Virus record (IMG/VR): IMGVR_UViG_3300044546_000330
Location: 1-64,000 of that record
DNA length: 64,000 bases
Direction: 5' to 3' (one strand)
Origin: a virus
The notes beneath the pieces were generated by a model, which was not told where the DNA came from, did not search any database, and was given only the letters and a program-made list of their open reading frames with translations. This document shows, piece after piece, positions 55,940 through 64,000 of the stretch (its first letter is position 1; every line of letters starts with the position of its first letter). A program made the position numbers and the translations under genes.

Positions 55940-58720
55940 TTATTGTAAGTTTAATTGTTTTTTCATATACTCTTGTGCAAGTTTTAACTTGTTAGTTTTA
56001 TCTGCAAGAAGTTTTAAAGTGTTAAGTCTTTCAGGTGTAGAAGCTTTTGCCTCTATTTTTCCTTGCGCTTTAGCTATAGGTTTGTGAAGCGCCGCAAAGC
56101 CAAGTTGTTTTGAGAAAACATAGTCTCCTGACATAGTTTCTCCCCCTTCTATTTCTGCTTGTTGATCCGGTAAAGCTATACCACCTTGTTCGTGCGAGGG
56201 GCCTACAGCTATAGAAGCATCTTTAGACATAGGTTGGATACTTCCCCCTACAGCTTTCTGGTTAGCCATGTAGTTAGAAGCCATAGAACCCCCTGGTCCA
56301 TACATCTTAGTCCCCGTATAGTCTGTGAACTGTGCTTGTGGTCTTTTAACAGTGCCCCCATTAGCTTTCTTGTACAGACTAGAAACTGTACTAGCATCTT
56401 TCTTTAGCTGGTTAAAACTATTACCTGAAGGGGAGTAGCCTTCTTGTGCAGCGTTTACAACCATATCTCCTATTACTGGTACTCCCAGTTTTGTAAACTC
56501 ACTACCTATTAAGTTTGCAGCTTTTAAGTAGTCTTTGTTTTTAAAAGCTTTTCCTGCGTCTTTACCTGTGTTGTACATATTGTAAAGTTTACCTGGATTA
56601 GTTTGGTCTAGGAGTGTTTGTACAGAGACGTTACCTGCATAGTTAACCGCCGGGCTAAAGTCTTCTTTTTGTTTAGGAGCAGTATCTTCTACAGCTTTAT
56701 TGTACTTAGAGTTAGGCTTCCAATCGTAACCAACTGGAGTTTGTGTAATCCAGTTCTTAGAATCTGCTGTATGAGTTGCTACAGTTTTTGTTTGCCCACC
56801 ATTACGGTACGTAGTAAGTAGACCTTTATTCTGTCTGCCTTTTAAAGAATCTCTAAGTTCACCATATCTGGCGTGCAGACCAGGAGCTATATTGCCGTGA
56901 GCTTCATACTCCATATACTCAGGTCCTGTCACTTTAGGTTGGTAAAACTTTTGGTAATCTTTCATACTAAAGGACGGACTTCTTAACCAGTCTTTTGCCC
57001 AACCTGCAGCAACTCCTTTACCTATAGGGTTTTCTTTATCTTGTTTACTGTGAGCAGTTTCTTCTATAAGATTCCTAGTAAACTTGTTAGGGTTTTTACC
57101 TGTTGGCAGTATTATAGTACTTGAAAAAGGATTGTAATGAGGCCACGCTCCTTCTTTTGTAGTTACGTCAGGAGAGCCATTCTCTTCTAATAGTTTTTTC
57201 TTAGCTAAGTAGGAAGCAGGATCAAGCTTACCCTTACGCATAGACCCTTGTTCTAGAACTTCTGTAGAGTTGCTGCTAGGGTTGTACACCGGCATTCCAC
57301 TAGGGTTTGGTCTAAAAGTTCTAGTGTACGTACTGACAGGGCTAGGCATTTGAGGGCTAGGCGCTGGAGAAGAAGGTACGTATGTAAACTTGCTACTTGG
57401 CAAGTTGGCAGTTGTTGCGTTTGCCACTGTATCTGGTTCTGTATCTCCGCCAAAACCCATAGTCTTAAGATACCCTTTAGACAGTGCTCCTCCGTTTCTA
57501 TAGTACCCACTACTAGTAGGTTTGAGATCTTGGTACCTAGATGAATTAGAATTTATAACACTCTGTTCTGCTTTCATGTAGTCAGCCTGCCATGCATCAT
57601 AAGCTTTCTTCTTAACCTTGCCAGAAGCTCTACCTCCAATATAACCAGCTATTCCTCCTACAGCTGCTCCAACTGCAGTACCAATAGGGCCAAAGGTAGA
57701 ACCTATAGATGCTCCTGTACCCATACCTTTAGCAGCTCCTTTTATATCATCCATACTACCAGTGTCATGAGCTCCTTCTTGCTTACGTCTGTTTGTCTCA
57801 GCAAAGTTACCTATAAAAGATGTACCTGCTTGAATAGCTGCATTGTAAGACTTTGCTGCTAGTTCTTTATTTTTAAACTCATCTTGTGGTTCTGGAGTTT
57901 CTGGAGTTTCTGGAGTTGATTTGCCTTTACCTTCTGTACCTGGTGCAAATTCAGAAGTTACAAAGTTTTTTCTTTGTTGGTTGCTAGCCATGTTAAAGAC
58001 ACCCTCTTGTTGGGTCTGTGCAGGCATGTTTTGGTTTGTAGACCATGATGAGAATGGAGTTTGCTTACCTAAAATAACTCCATCAGTTTCATCAGTAGGA
58101 CCACCAAGTAAATACTTCTTAAGTCCTTTACCATAGGCAACATTGACTGTACCTCTTTTATCATACATCTGCTTAAGACTGCCTCCCATTGCTACATGTT
58201 GATTACCTACTAGGAGTGGTCCTCCTTTACCAAACTTATACCTTAAACCAGCATTTACATTCTTTGAATTACTCTGCATGTCAATATCAAGTCGATCATT
58301 TACATGGTATGTTCCTGCCATTCCCATATCAGCAGGGAACTTTTGAAAGTGTTTATTACCAACGCCGACCGCGTAAGGCCCAACAGAAAAGTCTTTAGTT
58401 TGGTAACGAGGGTTTATCCCTCCTACAATTAAGTTTTCTTTTCTGTCATTAGCAAGAAACCCGTTAAACTTTAAAGGCTTTACTTCTTGCTGTCTATTTA
58501 CAGGTAAGTTTAAGTTTATACCTTTACTAGTTATATAAGGACTCTCTTCTAATATTGGACCACCGTTACGATGTTGCCACTTAGCAGCATTCTGTGCAAA
58601 GACAGCTCTCTTCTTAGTTACTGGGTTAGAACTATGAGTAAGTTCTTCCGTACTTTTTCCGGTACGAGCTTTGGTAGCGTTAAACTTACCACGGTTTTCA
58701 GGCTTAATATGTATACTCAT
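55940..58720 (-). CDS. modular virion cargo protein with repeated xxxGG motifs
   Basis: IHIKPENRGKF N-terminus, glycine-zipper TM segment, degenerate zincin EETAH..EYEAH, GPSHEQGGI..EIEGGE C-terminus. Confidence 0.75.
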   Translation of the reverse strand: MSIHIKPENRGKFNATKARTGKSTEELTHSSNPVTKKRAVFAQNAAKWQHRNGGPILEESPYITSKGINLNLPVNRQQEVKPLKFNGFLANDRKENLIVGGINPRYQTKDFSVGPYAVGVGNKHFQKFPADMGMAGTYHVNDRLDIDMQSNSKNVNAGLRYKFGKGGPLLVGNQHVAMGGSLKQMYDKRGTVNVAYGKGLKKYLLGGPTDETDGVILGKQTPFSSWSTNQNMPAQTQQEGVFNMASNQQRKNFVTSEFAPGTEGKGKSTPETPETPEPQDEFKNKELAAKSYNAAIQAGTSFIGNFAETNRRKQEGAHDTGSMDDIKGAAKGMGTGASIGSTFGPIGTAVGAAVGGIAGYIGGRASGKVKKKAYDAWQADYMKAEQSVINSNSSRYQDLKPTSSGYYRNGGALSKGYLKTMGFGGDTEPDTVANATTANLPSSKFTYVPSSPAPSPQMPSPVSTYTRTFRPNPSGMPVYNPSSNSTEVLEQGSMRKGKLDPASYLAKKKLLEENGSPDVTTKEGAWPHYNPFSSTIILPTGKNPNKFTRNLIEETAHSKQDKENPIGKGVAAGWAKDWLRSPSFSMKDYQKFYQPKVTGPEYMEYEAHGNIAPGLHARYGELRDSLKGRQNKGLLTTYRNGGQTKTVATHTADSKNWITQTPVGYDWKPNSKYNKAVEDTAPKQKEDFSPAVNYAGNVSVQTLLDQTNPGKLYNMYNTGKDAGKAFKNKDYLKAANLIGSEFTKLGVPVIGDMVVNAAQEGYSPSGNSFNQLKKDASTVSSLYKKANGGTVKRPQAQFTDYTGTKMYGPGGSMASNYMANQKAVGGSIQPMSKDASIAVGPSHEQGGIALPDQQAEIEGGETMSGDYVFSKQLGFAALHKPIAKAQGKIEAKASTPERLNTLKLLADKTNKLKLAQEYMKKQLNLQ

Positions 58721-59514
58721 CGTAGTGCTTTTTGTGCTTGAACGGTTGTGTCATGTAAAATTAACTGTTTTTTCTGTAAGTTGTCAAACTCAAACCTAAT
58801 AACAAAGTATTTATCTTGTAAAAGTTCGGCCTCATACCAGTCTTTAGTACTTGCCATTGCGGGGTCAAGCCTGTAATTGTTAAACAAGTCCTTTATAAAC
58901 GTAGTGCCTCTGTCAGTTACTATATTTCTAAAGTCGTTAAAGCTCCATTTACCGTCAGTCTTTCGAGAGGTTTGATATTGTAGGTCTGCGAAGACGTCTT
59001 GTAAAGAGATCTTTCCTGAGTGTTGTTGAGAGTTCCAGATTGAGATGTGAGTAAGTGTATTCCACTCACTCCCAACGGTACTGGCATCGGAACTATCTTC
59101 CAGTACAGATGAGACCCAGTTTACTGTTTCCAGTAAAAGTTCTCCATCAGCTTTAAACACTACATCTATAAAGAACGGGTTAACAGTGTCTGTAAAGTAT
59201 TTACCTACTGGACCAGCATTAGTTTTGTACAAAGCATTGTCCTTTAAAGCAAACAAAGCTTCTCTAGTATGAAAATAGAAGTCAGGGATGTAATCATGGA
59301 AGAATACCCATGCTCCATCTTTTACAGAGTAGGACATAGTAAAAGACTTATCCACTGTATTCTCTAAAGCCAAGTCTTCAAAAGCTAGACAGTACTCAGT
59401 TTGCGAGTTACTGTTAGGAAAAGATAGCTTCATCAAGTAGATACAAGAATGGTCCCAAGACGTTGCGTTTGGGGCAAAGTTGACTGCAGTAGTTTGATTA
59501 CATCCTTGTGCCAT
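58717..59514 (-). CDS. tail stabilisation protein, C-terminal part (P22 gp10-like)
   Basis: FTMSYS...WVFFHDYIP, IWNSQQHSG, W.FNDFR motifs. Confidence 0.65.
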   Translation of the reverse strand: MAQGCNQTTAVNFAPNATSWDHSCIYLMKLSFPNSNSQTEYCLAFEDLALENTVDKSFTMSYSVKDGAWVFFHDYIPDFYFHTREALFALKDNALYKTNAGPVGKYFTDTVNPFFIDVVFKADGELLLETVNWVSSVLEDSSDASTVGSEWNTLTHISIWNSQQHSGKISLQDVFADLQYQTSRKTDGKWSFNDFRNIVTDRGTTFIKDLFNNYRLDPAMASTKDWYEAELLQDKYFVIRFEFDNLQKKQLILHDTTVQAQKALR

Positions 59515-62500
59515 TATGAGTAAGTTAAAGATATATAGTTGTTAGAGTTAAGTGTTATAGAGCCTGTTCCTGATTCAGTCACACTAGTAGCTCCTACCAT
59601 TAAGTTGTGATCTATACTTACTACTACAGGGCCTGAAGGCGCCGGCAAGTTTACAACTGCAGTAAATGTACTAGATATAGAGTTTAAATTGAAAGAGCCT
59701 GTGTATGTCACACCATTTGATAGTACTTCTACATTTCCTGTGTCTGACCATCCTGGGTATCGATTCAAGTTGCCTGACAAGTGGAACTTGTAAGAGACTT
59801 TAGGTTCAGGTACAAAATAGTTAGCAAATCCACAATAAGAAGGGTCTGTGATAGTACCTGCATAACCAGTTCCTGCAGCTAAGTACTCTCCTGCTCCTAA
59901 TACAACTGAGATGTTGACTGAGTAGTTACCAGTTGTAATTGTACCTGTGAGAGGAGTACCAATTAGAGTTCCAGTGCTACCTACTTTGTAAATAGTTACA
60001 GGTATATTAGAAACAGCTATTGTAGGGTTTGATAACTGATCCATTAAGGTTACTGTGATGTCAGACAACCCAGGGTTCACAGCATACCATAAACAATAGC
60101 TTCTAGGTGAATTAACTACACGAGAAGTAGACCATTGAATAGAACTAACCTCACTTACACACTCTGGTCCACACTCTGACCAGATATCAAACTTATAAGC
60201 AGTGTCAGGTAATAGGGCAGTAAAGTCAACAAAGTATCCTGTAGATGTTCCTGACTGTACTAGGGTATTAGTAAGAGTACCTACTTCATATAGATTCCAA
60301 GAGAATGTTCCTACTCCTCCCCATGTAACGTGAGAGGAAACTTGGTCATTCATTAAGACTACCTTTAAGTTTATAGGGTCAATACAATCACAAGGATCTT
60401 CAGGGCAACTGTAAGTTGTGTTAAAGCTTTGACCTAAGTAAGTCAGATACTTTCCTTGGTAGAAGATGACATCTCCTATCTTAACAATACCATTAGTAGT
60501 TATAAGACAGTCAGGGTAGTTTGGAGGTCCTACTATACCTACTACTTCTAGAATATCTGCAGGACTGTTAATAATTACTACATTAGTTCCATCTGCTGGT
60601 CTGATGTTTTTTACTGTAGCTAGTATACGTTTATACCTCTGATCCCATCCTAGAGTAATACCATTACCTGTGAAAGGGTTCTTTCCAAATATCTTTAAGT
60701 AGTCCCTTAAGAACCTGTGCATCCCTGTGTTTAGAAGAGTCAGCTCTTTAGGTTTGTATAGGTACAGTTCCCCTTGTTTAGAGTCTGCAAACACATACCC
60801 TATTGGGGTTCTTATACAGGCCAAGTTGTGTTGAGTACCTCCATACCCTAGTTTAGATGACTGAGCCTCTTGTGGTTCAAACTGGAAAATGTCTCCAGCT
60901 CCTAAAGTAATTGACAACATACCAGCTTCTAACTTACCCTTGTCCTGACTAACAAAAAGAGAATTAGTCATGTGCACAAGCATTCTATCATCCATACCTT
61001 CTAGATGTTCTATGTACCCCATGTTCTTTTGCATTTCATAGTAGTCTAAAGCTAGGAAAGTTCTCCAAGATCTTGTAGTCTGTCTAGACAACTTACCTCC
61101 TCTATGTATACGATATGGAAACTTGTCTATGTACTCTTGGTAAGGATTAAATATCACATCAGATGCAAAGTCATTGATAGCTTCTGCACCTTTAGTAAAC
61201 CCAAATTGATTAGGGTCTGTGTGGCCATTGTAATCTATTGGGTACATAGCAGATAATGGCCCACCTATATAAACACTTTCTAGTTTCCTATGAGGATACC
61301 ACCAAGAGTAGTTGTTACCTGGTATGTCATATCTAGTATAAAGGTTAGCTACAGTTTCACATATAAATCTATTAACTACCCTATGTCCTCTTCTATCTAA
61401 TGGGAAGTCTACACCACCTTTAGTTTGTACTCCCCAGTAATAATCTAATATTCCATAAGTATGAAAAGTATATTGGGATAAGAATATATCACCTCCCCAA
61501 AAAGAACTAGAATCTGTAAGAGTTTTAACGTCCCCTGCAGATACTAACTCTTGAGTATAGAAAGCTTCATATATGTTTATCTTAGTATCACATAGATTAG
61601 TAAGATAATTCTCTACACTTGTTGGTCCTGAAGATGGCCAATTTCCAGAGTCACTTAGTACAGGGTAAGTAGACATAGGCAATGGTGGACCTAGTAACTG
61701 AGCTACATAAGTAGTTTCTAAGTACCCATTAAAGTATGATAGGTATGTACCAAAAGGAGTGTTAGCACTTTCAGCTAGTGCATTAGTATCACTAAGTAAA
61801 TACTTAGGTTCTTTTAAAGCATTTATATTAAAAGCATTTACAGAGGATACAGTAGCATTAGCAATACTATCCATCAAAGTAATAGTAAACCCTGTACCAG
61901 TAGCTCCCATTGAAGTACCTGTTGTATAAGAATAGCTACTTACTAAAGCAGTATGGGGTGTTGTTAACTTGTACTGAGCTGCTACAAAAGAAGGTGATAT
62001 CAAAGGCTTATTAAACAAGACATCAAAAGAATGAAACCTTAAAAAACTTTGATTAGGTGCATACTCTTCTATGGCCCAATTGTTTCCATTACTGTAAACC
62101 TTATCATCTGTAAGAGTTGACAATGTAGGATTCCAAGGGCTTAAGTAAGTAGATCCATAAAGTGCTAACCCTTGACCATAGATAGTCATGTTCTGTAAAT
62201 TCCTTTTAGCATAGAGGATTTCATACCCTATAATCTGATTAGTGTACTTAGTAGGTATAATTACATTAATAGCCTTAACACCTAAGAGGTCTAACTTTTT
62301 ACAACCATAATCAGCTACCGTAGGATAGAGTTCAGTCTGACACCATCCTAATGAAGGCATCTTGTGGTGCCTTACTCTTTCTCCTCTAAGGTCATACCCT
62401 CCAAACGATATAGAATTAAAGTCATCAGTAATTGGGTATACTTCTGTGTCATTATAATAAGGACCTGTAAAACCTTCAAGGGTAACACTTGAAAAAGTAT

Positions 62501-63692
62501 TTATATAGTCTTGAGTTTTAAACAATGGAGTGTTTCCTAAACCTCCTGCAGTAGCTACCGGGCTAATCCCTAAAGCAGTAGCATCTGCTTCTACTCCAGG
62601 GATATGATAAGCTATTGTCATATTACCATTAGAGAGTTTATACTTAATGTAAAAGGCATAAGTCTCTCCATGCATGAATCCTTTTTTCTGACCTGTCTTA
62701 TGTTCTTCAGGACAGTTTTCAACATCAATAAGTTCTGAAGTCCAAAGCAACTGTACTAGGTTAGCATACTTCTGCATGTCTAGAATCTCATCACTCTTTT
62801 CTAACTTACCAACATACAAGGCATCATTCAATTGTGTCATTGTACCCACCTTGTTGTAGAAGATAGGGTTGACTAACACTTCTTCAATTGATATAGTTGT
62901 AATAACTTCATTACCGGTAAATGTAGTTTTGCTGACTCCTGACACTATTGGAATCTTGTTCAGTAGTGAGGCTTTGACTATTCCACTTATTTTACTTATG
63001 ACTGCAACTTCTATGAAGTCATAGGTAGTGTCAGCATTAGTAATTAGTAACTGTATTGCCTTATCAGCAAATGTTTGGTACAAATCAGACACTATAGCTA
63101 TACCACTTGATACTTCAGAAAAGCCTGTTACAGTTCCATCTAATCTTGTATATCTAACAGCAAAGAAATATGAACCTACACTTAAGTAACCTCCACTCTC
63201 AATAGACTTTGTAATGGTAGGGAATATGCATTCAGGAAATAAGTTCCATGATCTGAGCTCATCTATCTGAGGATTATCAAGATTTATGAACTTGGGAAAT
63301 GTAACCTTGTCAGTAAAAGCGCATACAAGTTCTCCTAGATTGTTTCTTTGTACTTGACCTGTAATATAGTTCTCAGCTTTGAATCCAAGTTTGTAGGTTA
63401 AAGCAGTATCAATTACAGAGAAACTTACTGTATTACTTGCTAGGTCATAGAGTTTTAACCCTGAGTTTATATCATTTGTAAAGAAGACTAAGACCTTTGT
63501 AGTATCAGTTTCAAGTATACCATTGATAGTATAACCTGCAGGAACTATGTTCTTTGTCAACTGCTTAAAGCCGGGCTCATTTGTCACAGACCCTTCTAGG
63601 TCAAACTGTAAACCATTCTTGCCGAAAGGGTACGTTCCTTCCGGCTGATCTTCTGGTCTTGTGTCTTGAGACAGTCCTTTTATTGGCTTCAT
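59514..63692 (-). CDS. tail stabilisation/hub protein (P22 gp10-like, crAss-type) with C-terminal FN3/Ig-like domains
   Basis: KGLSQD..P....GTY N-terminus, GETYAFYI, RVRHHKMP, YGGTQH; FN3-like LLPDTAYKFDI. Confidence 0.75.
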   Translation of the reverse strand: MKPIKGLSQDTRPEDQPEGTYPFGKNGLQFDLEGSVTNEPGFKQLTKNIVPAGYTINGILETDTTKVLVFFTNDINSGLKLYDLASNTVSFSVIDTALTYKLGFKAENYITGQVQRNNLGELVCAFTDKVTFPKFINLDNPQIDELRSWNLFPECIFPTITKSIESGGYLSVGSYFFAVRYTRLDGTVTGFSEVSSGIAIVSDLYQTFADKAIQLLITNADTTYDFIEVAVISKISGIVKASLLNKIPIVSGVSKTTFTGNEVITTISIEEVLVNPIFYNKVGTMTQLNDALYVGKLEKSDEILDMQKYANLVQLLWTSELIDVENCPEEHKTGQKKGFMHGETYAFYIKYKLSNGNMTIAYHIPGVEADATALGISPVATAGGLGNTPLFKTQDYINTFSSVTLEGFTGPYYNDTEVYPITDDFNSISFGGYDLRGERVRHHKMPSLGWCQTELYPTVADYGCKKLDLLGVKAINVIIPTKYTNQIIGYEILYAKRNLQNMTIYGQGLALYGSTYLSPWNPTLSTLTDDKVYSNGNNWAIEEYAPNQSFLRFHSFDVLFNKPLISPSFVAAQYKLTTPHTALVSSYSYTTGTSMGATGTGFTITLMDSIANATVSSVNAFNINALKEPKYLLSDTNALAESANTPFGTYLSYFNGYLETTYVAQLLGPPLPMSTYPVLSDSGNWPSSGPTSVENYLTNLCDTKINIYEAFYTQELVSAGDVKTLTDSSSFWGGDIFLSQYTFHTYGILDYYWGVQTKGGVDFPLDRRGHRVVNRFICETVANLYTRYDIPGNNYSWWYPHRKLESVYIGGPLSAMYPIDYNGHTDPNQFGFTKGAEAINDFASDVIFNPYQEYIDKFPYRIHRGGKLSRQTTRSWRTFLALDYYEMQKNMGYIEHLEGMDDRMLVHMTNSLFVSQDKGKLEAGMLSITLGAGDIFQFEPQEAQSSKLGYGGTQHNLACIRTPIGYVFADSKQGELYLYKPKELTLLNTGMHRFLRDYLKIFGKNPFTGNGITLGWDQRYKRILATVKNIRPADGTNVVIINSPADILEVVGIVGPPNYPDCLITTNGIVKIGDVIFYQGKYLTYLGQSFNTTYSCPEDPCDCIDPINLKVVLMNDQVSSHVTWGGVGTFSWNLYEVGTLTNTLVQSGTSTGYFVDFTALLPDTAYKFDIWSECGPECVSEVSSIQWSTSRVVNSPRSYCLWYAVNPGLSDITVTLMDQLSNPTIAVSNIPVTIYKVGSTGTLIGTPLTGTITTGNYSVNISVVLGAGEYLAAGTGYAGTITDPSYCGFANYFVPEPKVSYKFHLSGNLNRYPGWSDTGNVEVLSNGVTYTGSFNLNSISSTFTAVVNLPAPSGPVVVSIDHNLMVGATSVTESGTGSITLNSNNYISLTYS

Positions 63693-63696
63693 AGAA

Positions 63697-63704
63697 CAAA
63701 GATA
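63697..63704 (-). promoter_or_regulatory. Bacteroidota sigma -7 element, 4 nt before ATG
   Basis: TATCTTTG-TTCT-ATG on the - strand. Confidence 0.6.
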
Positions 63705-63710
63705 AGTACT

Positions 63711-63998
63711 TTAGGTTAAACATTCTAGAAAGTCGTCGGCATATACTGCTATTAAGTCATCACAGTCCGTACCGTTTATTATGTGACGCGCTTTTACAAA
63801 GTCACAACTTTTTGAGTTGATGTAAGTTTTAAGCTTTGCCCCTGTAAACCACCCTTCTATCATCCCCCTAACAAGTATTGTAGATGCTGTACTTAATTCC
63901 AAAGCTAACTCTGGAGTATTAAGCAAGTCTATGCCAAGCTTCTTTCCTGCCTTTACGTAATTCTCGTACCAAGTAAGCTGGACAAAACCTCTGCCATA
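63711..63998 (-). CDS. GH19 chitinase-like endolysin (5'-truncated by the window edge)
   Basis: Frame extends to the window end: YGRGFVQLTWYENY...P..AL...ARHIING. Confidence 0.85.
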   Translation of the reverse strand, partial: YGRGFVQLTWYENYVKAGKKLGIDLLNTPELALELSTASTILVRGMIEGWFTGAKLKTYINSKSCDFVKARHIINGTDCDDLIAVYADDFLECLT

Positions 63999-64000
63999 GT

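Noticed and set aside
33085-58398. Numerous short + strand ORFs antisense to the giant virion genes, and - strand ORFs antisense to replication genes
   Set aside because: Shadow ORFs fully overlapping long, motif-bearing genes, with no recognisable domains.
462-63998. Stop-codon reassignment as in some crAss-like phages
   Set aside because: Genes up to 14 kb are open in code 11, and TAA, TAG and TGA all end genes with tight packing; no canonical suppressor tRNA.
1-64000. CRISPR array, integrase, reverse transcriptase or DGR template repeat
   Set aside because: No spaced direct repeats, recombinase or RT motifs, or AAC-rich copy of the variable region seen in this window; they could lie outside it.

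Overview
A 64 kb segment of a crAss-like (Crassvirales-related) phage of a Bacteroidota host, read in the standard genetic code. The + strand arm (~460-29870) has an early/accessory region of small genes followed by a replication/recombination module. That module contains a dNMP kinase, uracil-DNA glycosylase, family A DNA polymerase, a DnaA domain-IV-like HTH, SF1 and SF2 helicases, a DnaB-like helicase, an AAA ATPase, a primase, an rIIA-like gene split by a group I intron carrying a LAGLIDADG endonuclease, rIIB-like, a resolvase and a 5'-3' exonuclease. The - strand arm (~29930-64000) has virion genes: a tail-fibre-like protein, a 4713 aa virion RNA polymerase polyprotein (DFDVD motif), ejected cargo proteins, a split tail stabilisation protein and a partial GH19-type endolysin. 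The most unusual signal is in the early-region intergenic DNA. Four tRNA-shaped RNAs keep the acceptor stem and D/T arms, but each lacks a canonical anticodon loop in a different way. Three of them sit 2-11 nt downstream of structured RNAs that I cannot assign to a family, suggesting an ncRNA + tRNA-mimic cassette system. Also notable: an orphan DGR-type variable region, a recurrent 5' leader motif resembling the 16S anti-Shine-Dalgarno tail, apparently leaderless late genes, and a cargo protein punctuated by ~11 xxxGG motifs. All calls come from reading motifs and base-pairing by eye; no database searches were run.
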